A stretch of 63,186 nt of DNA, filler included, from Sphacelaria rigidula (GCA_964200075.2; 11 parts of 11 records of this genome joined end to end with filler, not necessarily neighbours in it), one strand, 5' to 3'. Positions 1 through 11,508 are shown, numbered from the whole stretch's first letter. The notes: generated by a model not told the origin, from the letters alone. Numbers and translations: made by a program.

Positions 1-155
1 ACCACTTCTAGACTCGCCGCGTTTCGGAATATGCATGCAGATCTGGGTTCCAACCTGTTCAAAACTGCTTGTCGATAGGACTCGGGGCTGATCGTTATGG
101 GGCCAATCCCCTGTCAAGAGGGGATTGTGAAAAAGGGGATTATCCCCTTCGTTAA

Positions 156-253
156 CCCTTAGACGTCGAGGTTAGTCTTCTGTTGAATCGGCATCAATTT
201 CAAGTAAACAAAAGTATGCATGATCCAAAAAGATTCATCTCGCGGTCTAAGGG
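156..253. mobile_element. 98-bp piggyBac-like MITE, copy 1
   Basis: TTAA|CCCTTAGAC...GTCTAAGGG|TTTG. Near-identical reverse complement of 397-494. Confidence 0.8.
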
Positions 254-396
254 TTTGACGAGTAACTCTAGGTTATGGTGATAAGTGACAACACTAGAGG
301 TCCTGATGACANNNNNNNNNNGCAAGGGGAGTCGCCCTCCTCGGAGCGAAAGTGACGGGGATAGAACCCCCACGACTAACTTTTGTGACGGTTTAA

Positions 397-494
397 CCCT
401 TAGACCGCGAGATTAGTCTTTTTGGATCATGCATACTTTTGTTCACTTGAAATTGATGCCAATTCAACGGAAGACTAACCTCGCGGTCTAAGGG
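397..494. mobile_element. 98-bp piggyBac-like MITE, copy 2
   Basis: TIR CCCTTAGACCGCGAG / CTCGCGGTCTAAGGG, flanked on both sides by TTAA (393-396, 495-498). Confidence 0.88.
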
Positions 495-640
495 TTAAGA
501 CAGGCCCTTACGGTTGGAGTTAGTACGAAATAATATATTTCTGAGAAATTTCTTGAAAAAGTCAATCGACCGAGTGGTAAAACACACCTCACATTACCTC
601 TACCCTCGCGGTCGACCTCTTCCGTCGGTTGGCTTCAGTT

Positions 641-768
641 TGACTCTTTTGGAACCAACTGACGATTTTTATTTTCGTAAATCGGCATCATTTTGACTTG
701 AAGAATGACTGAAAATGATGCCGATGCACAAAAAGAAAGAATCATCAATGGGATCTAAAAGGGTGAAA
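641..768. mobile_element. Degenerate hairpin MITE related to the 98-bp family
   Basis: Core inverted repeat ATCGGCATCATTTT / AAAATGATGCCGAT with decayed outer arms. Shares AATCGGCATCA with copy 1. Confidence 0.5.
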
Positions 769-1249
769 GGGGTTCGGGACGGTTGATGATCCGAATGATT
801 TTGATTTGATTTCATTGTAAGTGCCTTTTTGTCGTGTAGATGTTTTGTTTCTCGCCTTCCTCTGTCGGCTTTTTGGTGTATGGGCATGGATGGTGAGCTC
901 CTTGCACTCTGTGACCACTGGTTCGAGAGATCGAGCGAATGTCACGAAAATTATACTAAAAATAATAGTGTCGCACCTTCAGTGATCCCCGAGGGACCCA
1001 GCTGTAGTCATAATCCACAAGATGGAGGTACCCAAGGTGAACAAAATGGGAACACCCCCTAAAATAGAAATGATGGTGGAAAACAAGGCAAGAAACAAGA
1101 GGTGGAAACAAACAGCGTGAGCCGATTAACCAAAAAAAACACGAGACGAAGACCTCAGACCTTGGTGAAAATGTGACAAAAGCTGCACAACAGAAGATGC
1201 GAGTTTGACAAAATATTGGAGATGTTTTTTTCATGAACACTCCCTCCTG

Positions 1250-1250
1250 G

Positions 1251-1284
<34 letters not shown>
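1250..1284. repeat. (TTGA)n microsatellite
   Basis: About 8 tandem TTGA units. Confidence 0.9.
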
Positions 1285-1459
1285 ACAACCATGTTATGAA
1301 ACACGAACTTTTTTTTTTGTTGGCATGTGATTTCGTTGCGCCGCATTTTCTAGCCGAAAAAATTGAGAGTCTCCAGTTTTAGCCTTCCGGTCGCGCGCGA
1401 GTGATTATGGAGATTTGGGTGAAGGCATCCAGGCGCAGAAATAACGTTGAACCTTTTAA

Positions 1460-1975
1460 GCCGGTCGCCCCGGTGGCTCAGTTCGTAACTTCGAAACCTT
1501 CCACACCTTGGACAATATATGGTCAATAGTTGCAATAGACGAGAAGTGTACTGCATAAAGTATGGACTTATTGCGACTATTGTCGGCCGGCAATAGTTGC
1601 AATAGGCCCATACTTTATGCAGTACACTTCTCGTCTATTGCATCTACTGACCATATAATGTCCAGGGTGTGAAACCTTCTGGCAGTTAGGCCGTGGGTTC
1701 GAATCTCGGAGCGATCTGGGATTTTTTCTCATGCCCAACAATGGGGAGCGACTATGTCGTGGGTACGCAAAAGTCGACGTCATGGTCGACGAGGGAAAGA
1801 AACTGCTGAACCCCTCTCGCGATAAAAAATAAAGGCAAGCACTGCAGAAGGAAGGTGGGGTACTAAAACAAAAACAAAAAATAAACACTCCTGTGTTGGG
1901 CCTCCTCCTGTGTGACCCCGGCTGGTGCGCCCACATAAACCGAAAAGTGTAGATCGGCGTGCAGAATAGATGGAG
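1460..1975 (+). mobile_element. tRNA-derived SINE, copy 1 (interrupted by a MITE)
   Basis: Head GCCGGTCGCCCCGGTGGCTCAGTT (A box) ... GGTTCGAATC (B box). Body is collinear with copies at 57838-58182, 58955-59290 and 60345-60953. Confidence 0.85.
1502..1671. mobile_element. 170-bp foldback (palindromic) MITE, copy 1
   Basis: Almost wholly self-complementary, CACACCTTGGAC...GTCCAGGGTGTG. Flanked by duplicated AAACCTTC (1494-1501, 1672-1679), which occurs once at the equivalent site in SINE copy 4. Confidence 0.92.
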
Positions 1976-2069
1976 TGACAACACACACATTATCACAGTT
2001 GGAAAAAAAAAAAAACATCTCGCCTCATTTTCTCGTAGCCCTTTTTGTTTGTTAACGAGGCAGCCCTGA

Positions 2070-2402
2070 AGAGCCTGATCCGACTAGGACCCGACGTGCT
2101 CCGTCCCGGCTTTGTAGGGATGCGAGGTCAATGGCTGTATCTGGAAGTGGCGATACCAGAAAATGAAATAACTCGTTGTACGCTGTCATCCAAATGCAAG
2201 ATAATCAGTAGGCCTGGGGCCGAAAAATCTCAGCAGCATTCAGCTCACCCTAAATTCGACTCGCCGGACACATGACGGCGCTCCGCGCTCGGTGATTGAT
2301 TGCGCGCCTGGTCCGGCGATAACCCGGCGTGCTCCGTACCGACTTCGTAGGAATACGAGGCCAATGGCCGTATGAGTACGGCATACAAGATCATGAGTAC
2401 AC
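2070..2402 (+). repeat. Two copies of a dispersed repeat reading VLRPGFVGMRGQW(PYEYGIQDHEY)
   Basis: GTGCTCCGTCCCGGCTTTGTAGGGATGCGAGGTCA-like sequence at about 2096 and 2329. Further copies at 5581-5654 and 13613-13710. Confidence 0.75.
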
Positions 2403-2457
2403 CCCCCCCGCCCTCTCCCTCCCCGACATTCAAATACCCCGCCGGCATTTTGCACAG

Positions 2458-4566
2458 GCTGCATACGGCGGACGACCACCGCCGCCGCCACCCCCATCGG
2501 GAGGAATGTACGGAGTCGCCGGCGCCCCCGTGCCCGGAATGCCAGGGATGCACTACCCGCCCCCCCCACCCCCGCCTCGGGGACCGCCTCCCCCGCCGCC
2601 CCGCCCCGGAGATTCGGCGGGTGGAGGAGGGGCTAGGCCCGGGGGCGCACCCCCCCCCCCGCCCCGTCATCCGCACGGCGCGCCGCCACCGCCTCCGCCG
2701 ATTTCAGCTCCTCCGAGTTTGGGGAACGCGTCGGGTGGTCCAGGGCGTGCGCAGACGGTGGCAGCGGCCGAACCCTCGGCCGCTGGTGCGGGGGGTAAGG
2801 GTAGAGCGCGGGACAGGAGTGGAGGAGCGGTGGATCCGCTTGACCCTGAAGGTAGGGTGGATTTGGGGTACGGATCGGGAGGAAGTGAGACAAGAAAGAA
2901 TAGGCCTATACACACCGCAGGGGATATACCTTTGACATGGCTTATTAGAATACAACACATGACGTACACGTAGCTGCTTGTAGGTGTTAGTCAGCATCAA
3001 CGAGAAAATGGGACAGAACGAAGTAAAATGAGATTTTTACATCGCAAAGTAACCGTTGCGGTATGTTACCTGGGGTGCCGAAAACAATTTTTACACCTAT
3101 CCTACTGTACATTGGTGATTTCTTTGTTTTTTTCCCAACAAAATTCACGTAAGATCATGTCAATGAAGAGAAGAGCAATGCTATGGTAGGGGTCCACTTT
3201 TTGCGCAAAATCGTGTCGGGTTCAGGGGCTCCTAACGATTCTAGATGCACAAGAATATGGGTCAGGGCATCCCCGCTTGCAAATTCATTCGGGATGTCCC
3301 TTTTATAGCATATTGGAATAGTAATCCTGGCGTACTTTCACATATTTCATGAGTCGTGTTTTGGATGAGATCAAGGGCTCCTAACAATTCCAAGCTCAGA
3401 AAATATTTGTGCACCCCTACCATAGCATCACACCGAAGGAGAAGGAGTTGGTAAAAGTAGTGTGTGTTCGATCGGGCGGAATTGGGTTTTGACAGCATTT
3501 GCGCTTTCCGGGGAAAGCACTGTTGATGAATAGTGTGGTGCTTACCGTGTTGGGTTGGGCGCCGCTTAACACCAGGGCTCTTTACGTTACACGTTACACG
3601 TTACGTCCCACTTATGACGTCTTGAAAAATTATACGTTACGTCACGTCACATTTTTTTACCGGTACGTCACGTTACGTCACACTTGTGACGTCATGAAAT
3701 GTTATACGTTCCGTCATGTCACAGTAACGTATTTTGAAACGTTTGGTGTGACGTATAACATATTTTGGAACGTTGTCGTGACGTGTACCGTGTTTAACTC
3801 GTTACACGTTACAGTAAACGTTTAAAAAACGTCAATGTGACGCATAAAAAATACGTCACGTCACGTCACGTCACCTTTTTTCACCGGTGCATTACGTCAC
3901 GTCATGGCACATTTGTGACGAATACGAAGAAATACGTTACATTACGTCACACTCTTGTGACGTGTCGTTTGTGACGTGCAACGTACGTGTGACGTGTACC
4001 ATAAAGGGCCCTGGTTAATACCTCTATAGGGGAGGACGGAGGAAAGGGTCATGACGTTTTTTTTGTGCCTCGCTCATCAAGCGTCTGAGAATCTTCGCCA
4101 CATTTCATTTGACCCTTTTGCCCTTGCGCGACTCGGGGATGGCTTGTGGACGAGGTAACGTAAAAGGGGGAGGGGGCAGGAGAGGGAAAGGGGCAGGGAA
4201 CGGGAGGAAGGGAGAGGGGACGAAAGTCCAAGGATTGTTTGAACATATATTGGAGAGTACCAGCGCCTTGTGATGGTGGGTAGAAACATTTTTTTTTTTT
4301 TCCCGCCACTACTCGATAGCGACAGCACATTGTGACTTCAGGAGTGATAAAGCGCGCTGAAATCAACGAACTTTCTAGACTGTGTTGTGTCCGAGATTCG
4401 ACTAAGCCTTTGCGGTGTCTAACGTTCTCGTCCGCTTGAAAACCCAGGCGCTGGTTACACGGAACGGCCCTATAACCTCGCCAAACAGGCCGGTCCACAA
4501 CGAGGCCCGTACGGACCACAGGGTCCGCCTCAAGGCCCGATGCAAGGGTACTACGGACCAGCTCAG
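2458..4566 (+). CDS. Proline/glycine-rich protein, two internal exons (partial gene)
   Basis: Exon 2458-2851 (tgcacag|GCT...GAAG|gtag; AAYGGRPPPP...DPLDPE) splices in matching phase 1 to exon 4448-4566 (cccag|GC...CAG|gtga; GAGYTERPYNLAKQAGPQRGPYGPQGPPQGPMQGYYGPAQ). Confidence 0.7.
3573..4013. mobile_element. hAT-like MITE with dense GTCAC/GTGAC subterminal repeats (intronic)
   Basis: TIR of about 28 bp, CAGGGCTCTTTACGTTACACGTTACACG / CGTGTGACGTGTACCATAAAGGGCCCTG. The 8-bp flanks CTTAACAC and GTTAATAC match 6/8. Confidence 0.85.
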
Positions 4567-5654
4567 GTGAACGAAAATAAATGAAAAATAAACTGTATTA
4601 TTCGCGCTGTTGTAAGTTCAAAGGAAGTGCTCGCAGAATGATACGCACAAGTACGCAACGACACTTTTTATTTTTTTACCCGATGCTGCACTTTTTTTTT
4701 TCAAGTTTTGTTTGGTTAGACGGAACAAAAAAATCGAAAGTGCAGCTAGCTCCTCACACACTTCTGAGTTTGTTTTTAAGGGGGGGGGTCGATTTGTATG
4801 CACTCTTTGGTTTTTCACGGCGATGCTTTTTTACCCCTCGACGGGTTTGTGTTGGTACTTGCGATGTGAATTGCGCACGTGCACAGGGGGAGAGAGAAGA
4901 TGACTTTGTACCTTGAGACCACGGACACATCCCGACGACAGAGAGAAGTTGAAAGTGTGACCGGGGAGAGAAGAAAAAAAAGAAAAAAAGAAAAAAAGAA
5001 AACGTATCGAACAATTCGACACCCACGATTTTTTTTCAGGTAATAGTAAGGTCGCTGTTGTCGACTATCCCATGCTAAGAATAAGAAGTGCAGGCGTTTT
5101 TTGCTGCGGCGGGAGTTGTTTGCATTCCGAAATGCATCACAAATGGTAGCTTTCTACATCCTCATTGATTGTTCAGGATGCAGTACCCCCCTCGTGTCGG
5201 TCGCGTCAATGTGCTCCGCGGGCCTCTTCTCTCACGACCGTTCATTGTTCAACCTTGTGAACCTCCATGGTTTCTGTTCCGGAGTCATGCTACGATAGGG
5301 GGTGTGCTTTCTATTTTGCATGCCGTAGTCATAAGACCATAGTGAGCGGGGGGGGGGGAGGAGGGGGGGGGGGTGAGCCTGGGGTCATGTCTTCCATGAA
5401 TATCCGGTTCATATCGTCATTAAAAGCTGCAACTGTTGGTCGAACACGCCTGTTACCGAAAGATGGCGCTCGTTCATCCTGCTTGACACCACTTTTTTCC
5501 AAATACAAGGGCACCACGAGTGTGTCAGGTAGTCTGACACACCCCATGAGTCCTTCTTTCCGTGGAATCAAACTCCCCAAGCCTGGTCCGGCGAAAGCCC
5601 GGCGTGCTCCGTCCCGGCTTTGTAGGGATGCGAGGTCAGTGGTCCTAAGACTAT

Positions 5655-5754
5655 NNNNNNNNNNNNNNNNNNNNNNNNNNNNNNNNNNNNNNNNNNNNTT
5701 AATTAATTAANNNNNNNNNNNNNNNNNNNNNNNNNNNNNNNNNNNNNNNNNNNN
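5655..5754. other. Artificial scaffold linker (44 N + TTAATTAATTAA + 44 N), first of 10
   Basis: Same 100-bp spacer at 5655, 11409, 17163, 22916, 28669, 34422, 40175, 45928, 51681 and 57434. The segments between spacers are all 5653-5654 bp. Confidence 0.98.
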
Positions 5755-7828
5755 CGCAAGCGAACAGAGCTCAAGAAAGTCGCCAATTACGAAAAAATCA
5801 CGAAATGCCTCAAAATGAATAGTTAGACCGCCCACTACTGTAACACTACAGACGCGAAGCAGCAGTTGTAACATTAGTGGTGTAAAACTCGAAAAATGTG
5901 CCCTGGCGAGATGTTGGCCACCCGCCCCAGATACATGAGGGTGCACTGCACGCTGAGAGGAACGAACAACGCAAGACACACGGACCCGTAGTTCTAGGGC
6001 GCTTGTTATGACGTTAGCACGTGATTTCACCGACGAATGCCACCCCCCCCTCTCCAACGGATTGACCAACGGCTTGGAGCATGGTTGGAGGAATTAATTG
6101 CACACCCAGAAAACCATGAGGGTGCACAGCGCGATGGAACAAACGGATCGCGCCTGGCACATGGAGCCGTGGCTATTGGACGATTGAAAGTATGGTGTTT
6201 CACTGGCGGATGACCACCACCTACTTCGACTATTTGACGCATGGAATGGAGAATACTTGAAGAATTATATTGCGTAGAAAAGGAAGAACGCGAGAGCACC
6301 TCGAGAAATGTTATGAAAAAACTCCACATGCACGTACGTAACGATCAACCCATCGAATAAACTCGATTCGGATGACGCACAGACGAAGGGACAGTAAGTT
6401 TCCGCACACACGAAGCGGAAGATACCGCTACCAGTCGTCAATAGAAACGACGACGACAGCAATCGAAACAAGGTCGGGTCGCTGTCCCGACGATAAGTTA
6501 TCACTCATGCCATGTTAGGAAGTCGTCAAGCGGCGAAAACACGACAACACGAACCTGCAAAAGCAAACGACTCTCGTACAGACTCCCGCCTTGTCATGCA
6601 TCAACCGCGTAGCTGCGGTCGACATACTCGCGGTAATGGGTCCTCAGATACGCACTGCATAATGAATGCCCCGCAGGCCGGGCTACAACCAACTATTCGA
6701 ACACCGCAAATCCCGGCATATCGAAGACAAACGTGAACATAGGTTCGTGAGGTTAAGAACTAAGGAATCATTATGAACGAATTACACGTTGCAAACCCGC
6801 GATCGGACGACCGCCAACAAATCGGCGGGTGGAAACACGCACACTCTCCATATTCAACGCTGCTCACATGTATCGAAACATATCGACGTGCCGCTTGAAG
6901 ACGAACAAAATCAGAAGGACGTCCCACCTTATAACTCTCGTCGACAACAGTACGACGGTACAAAATGAAACGAAGATCAGCATGAAAGAAAGGTCTAAAC
7001 GGAGACTCAAGAAAGACGTCTACACGGCGTTAGAAACATTCATGAATTAGATAGACGATCACGAGGGCGACTGGGCGAAACGGACGAAGACCGACACTGG
7101 TTACGTCAGCGACATAACACGGTCTTTCCTGAGTAGCCACCCACGTATGAAACCCCTGGTAGAACACATACGAACGGAACATGAAGAAAGCAAGAACGGA
7201 AAAGGGGCAATCGGCGACAGCTTTCGTGAGCTCTGGGCGGTACTGTCGACGGCAAAGGTGATGGCCAGCAACGAGGGGTGGCCGATTCGAAGGGCTATGT
7301 AGGCGTCCATCTGCGGCCCCGATACAACATATCAAGAGGTCAAGGAATTCGTAGGAGGAAACCTCGCAAGGGAAACGTTGAACGCCGCTCGGTCGAGACG
7401 GGAGGAAGCTGTAGCAAGCGGAGACCCACAGCACATGTGAGTCAAGAACGTGATGCTGCGGCAGACTGTTTTTGTGTGCACCTCTAGCGCAGTAGTACAC
7501 GGCACGCAACGTCAAGCACACTTCGATCCCAACCGTATCCACTATTCTCCCGTCCACCCAGCTATACCTATTTCTATCAAACACACTCAGTTTTCGATGT
7601 GTATAGACGAGGAGGCGCCTCTGAAGACATCCCATCACCCAAATTCGTGACCATCCCGTACTCCCTCTCGCCCCACCCCCGACCCTCGGCCCCATTATCC
7701 CCCGTAATGATCGCGGCGAATCTTATCATGTGTGCGGGGTAGCGTGTCCACAAGACAACTGCGATCAGATCGACTCGAGACTACATCTCCCCAGGCGCTG
7801 GACTCGATTCGCGAACGGATCATCGCAT

Positions 7829-8063
7829 GACACTTTCTACGATAGCCCCCCCCCGGAATCAGCTGAAAGTGTGACGAAACAAATGGCCATACAGCGGCTG
7901 ATGTTCGGCTTCAGGCTGAATGAAGCGCCTCATATTTGCGACATTGGCTAGAACGAACCCAAGCGTGGGAATTCCCAGCTTCTCGTTGTGCTCGGCTTTC
8001 CCCTTTCGATTTACGTGAAGATTTTGCCTTCCAAACTCGGGGGGGGCTATCGTAGAAAGTGTC
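7829..8063. mobile_element. 235-bp MITE (TIR GACACTTTCTACGATAGCCCCCCCC), copy 1
   Basis: Perfect TIR of about 25 bp. Flanks GCAT/GCCT suggest a 4-bp TSD. Second copy at 39932-40168. Confidence 0.9.
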
Positions 8064-9684
8064 GCCTACACTCAGCCCTCTCCGTCTGAGGTCAAATGGA
8101 AGCACGACTATGCACCTGGCAACCACACACACTCGGACGCAGACGGGTTACTCGTTCGCGTGAAACCCGACCTCTGCTCTTCTATGCCTATTCACTATTT
8201 GATGGGGACGAAGAAACAATTGTACGAGATCATCATGGCAGAAATGGGAGACGCGGTGAGTGAAGGACTGATAAATACTTTGGGTCACCTTCCTCGGGGG
8301 TGCACTTACCAAGCGTACGGAATGAGGCATGCCTGACCATGGATTGCACACATGGGTCCAGTCATGCTCTCACCGAGGGTTCCGAAGTTCAGGAAGTATC
8401 GGCTAGCATGGTCGGGGATAACCCCATCAGAACATTCATTCAGTACATCCCGTACACCACCCACCGACAGATCGCACATCTCAAACAGGCATATCCTTTG
8501 ACATAAGCGATGTGATGCGCGCCTTGCAAATAATGTCAACGATCAACGTTTGCGATCCCCCTACAATGTGGCACCACTCGTGGCGTACGCTCTCCTCTCT
8601 CGGCGATACTACCGACCGCCTGGTTCAAACGCTGTTATCATGCCTGCGAAACACACTAACACAGATGCGAATAGCGACAAACTCTGTCAGAGGATACATC
8701 AGGTGAAAACCAAGTGCCCATTTCATCGTATAGAAGTCGCTGACGGACTTCATACCTTTGTCCTCGCTCAGCATGAAAACGGTCAGGTTGAGACGCCGAG
8801 GATCATCCGGATATCTTTCGATAAACTGATCTCATTCTACGTCGTCAAGCAGTCAAATCGTTCTTGCCTCTGCGCCACCGGCTACAAGGCGAAGCTCATC
8901 ACCATCGCCCCCTATGACCTGTGGCCGACACTACATCGAGGTTCGAGCCCTGGCACCGAGTGTACGTGCACCTGTGACCTGTGTAACAATGGCCGATGCA
9001 TAGACTACCTCCCGTACGACTTACGCAAAGAAATAGCAAGCATGGGCAAATTCAGCGACTTGCATATGTGCGAAAAAGAGAGCTTGTACACGTCACGGGA
9101 TGGAACGCGCGTCAAAGCACACACATCTGTCTGCGTATCCGGATGTTGCGTGGAGTGCAAACGAAGGCAATCACTCTCCTTCGATTGTCCACGACACAAA
9201 GGCGGACTAGAGCGGGAGCTACACACACATTCACCAGCGACGAGCGTCAGCGAAGGGTCGCCCCCCGGAGAAATTACGTGGAACATGTTCACCTACGTCG
9301 ATGAGAAAGGGCAGGCGACGACAAAGACGAGGAGCGTGAACCGGCAACAGCGGGGACGTGAAGACACCGACGCTGAATATGATCCGCGGGCGGGGTCGAA
9401 TCCCAAGAACCGTCAGGTGGGTCCGACGGGAAATGGTGTTGAATATGTATTGATAAAGGTTCGCCAAAAGGGTCAAGAGGTCCGGTAGTTATCATAATGC
9501 AGACTTCAACGCAACATAATATATAAGATATCGCGGCATTTTGTCGATAGGGGCGTAAATATGACTCTCTCATTCAGCACCGGAGGTTCTTCATACGAAG
9601 AACCGTTTACTGCTTTGACGACGACATATCGTGCAGCACTGGTACAAGGACCTCGTCAGCACAAGATACAGATAGGCGCATACG

Positions 9685-10629
9685 ATGGGCTCAATATTGA
9701 CATTCGACATTCATGTTGCTTACGCGGAACCCTATTATCCCGTCACAAATGATGCTTCACAGGCTATCGCAGCGAAGAAAGGAACGGTCGACGACTTCAT
9801 GGGCGAGTTTTCGGAAATCTCGTCAAAGTACATCCTACACAAAAGACAATACAAGATGCAGCGCACCGCCTTCATCGAGAAGAAGTTAACGATGACAGAT
9901 GGAGAAGTTCTGTTGATAGTGGACTTCCAGGAACGTCTACAAGTTAAAGAGCAGGACCAGGTACAGAGTCAACACTGGAACCAGGACGCTACTACCATAT
10001 TCCCATGCTACATACTGTTCAGATTTCGCGGACGTGTCTGGGCATACTCGTTCGTGATCCTCAGCGACGACATGGCTCAAGATAACGCATGGGTTCAGCA
10101 CGTACTGACAAGATTGCTGGGCGAGTATATTCCGGCCTTACTACGGAAAATAGGGGCGCCTCCCATGACCTGGGCGATCATCTTCTCAGACAAATGCTTC
10201 AAGCAGTTCAACTGCCGATTCCAGTTCCGCTGGGTAGCAGGTGCTCTGATCCTCGCCCTTGACAACCACGGAGCATCGACAGGCAAGTACGTACACCTGG
10301 AACACCATTACTTCGGCCCAAGCCACGGGAAGAATTCCTCAGACAGCGAAGGCGCATCAGCGAAGGTATACGTGCGTACGATGGTCAACAACCAGCAGTG
10401 GGACGTAATTAGAAACTCAAAAGATATGTGCGAGAAGCTAGAGAAGGGCATTGGGTTTCATCTACGAGACGCTGCGATCGAAGAGCGGACCTCCTTTTTC
10501 GCAGGCAAGAATGGGAAGCCGACCGGAACTGAACAGTTGTGCGTGACGAAGGTGAGTGAGACGGTAGGCATCTGCACAATCAAGACCCCCCAAGCACATA
10601 CTCACACACCTCATCCGCCACGTAAATGA
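9685..10629 (+). CDS. Catalytic-core ORF of the Sola2-like transposase
   Basis: 314-aa ORF with putative D-D-D triad (VDFQE, FSDKC, SSDSEG), bounded by cacag| and |gtgagt splice sites. Confidence 0.75.
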   Translation: MGSILTFDIHVAYAEPYYPVTNDASQAIAAKKGTVDDFMGEFSEISSKYILHKRQYKMQRTAFIEKKLTMTDGEVLLIVDFQERLQVKEQDQVQSQHWNQDATTIFPCYILFRFRGRVWAYSFVILSDDMAQDNAWVQHVLTRLLGEYIPALLRKIGAPPMTWAIIFSDKCFKQFNCRFQFRWVAGALILALDNHGASTGKYVHLEHHYFGPSHGKNSSDSEGASAKVYVRTMVNNQQWDVIRNSKDMCEKLEKGIGFHLRDAAIEERTSFFAGKNGKPTGTEQLCVTKVSETVGICTIKTPQAHTHTPHPPRK

Positions 10630-11508
10630 AGGTAGGGAGTCTCTCGCTGAGTCTCGTCTCACCGCAAACGTTCAATTGCCCCCCTGCACGCAACGAAAGC
10701 TCACGCCCCTCAAAGATCAGGAAGGTCAGTGGAGGGGCGAAACGATTGACACAATCTCGAATCCTGAAGCACGAGTGATGCCAACATTGGGATTTATGAT
10801 GACTTCGAAAATACCGGCCCGAGAACTAACGACGGAGCAAGAGGGCTCAGACCGCGAAAGAGTGATGCTACGATAGGAGTGCGCACATACTCTCTACATT
10901 TCCTAAATTAGGAACTCCATCCTAGAGTTCCGAAGTTAGGAACTCTATTCAGATAAAGCACCTGGATGACAAATCACTCAAGACTGTGCGATCACATCAC
11001 ACGATGCTTTCACCATTAATCTAGCTGGCAAGGTTTCTCCAAATGTAATGCAACCGACATCTTCATCGCGACATACATCGAACTACTGAGAATCATGCCG
11101 GTACAACTATCATTCTGTATACGCTCCCCACCTGCAAGATAGACCTTGCGCGTTACCCTTGCCGCATACCTTGCGTGGATGTGCTGTGTTGTTTCGCAGA
11201 CGTGGATCGGCGAGGGGAGAATCACACCTCAGCAGAAGACGTTTCTTCTCTGGAAGCATGCCAACACGCTTATCGGGAGACAAGTCCTCTTTTTCGGTGT
11301 CGAGGATGTCACATCTGCTGTACGACGGGCGGCCCGCTCGGCACTAAAGGAGATCGAAGTGCCCGGCTGCCAAGCTATCGGCAAGGCAGCAGCGACGGGC
11401 ACAGCAGGNNNNNNNNNNNNNNNNNNNNNNNNNNNNNNNNNNNNNNNNNNNNTTAATTAATTAANNNNNNNNNNNNNNNNNNNNNNNNNNNNNNNNNNNN
11501 NNNNNNNN

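Larger units (their letters stand above)
6829..11408 (+). mobile_element. Degenerate intron-containing Sola2-like DDD transposase gene
   Basis: Exon about 9763-10551 carries LIVDFQE..QDQVQSQHWNQ..TIFP, IFSDKCFKQF and HYFGPSHGKNSSDSEG. Cys-rich exon about 8704-9416 (SCLC, CVSGCCVEC). Probable downstream exon from about 11200. Stops and frameshifts in the upstream part. Confidence 0.75.

Noticed and set aside
3499..3825. 108-aa ORF rich in VT/LRH
   Set aside because: It is a by-product of pentamer repeats inside a MITE.
5699..5710. Regularly spaced TTAATTAATTAA as a biological repeat or CRISPR-like array
   Set aside because: It is always embedded in N runs and is an assembly linker with stops in all frames.
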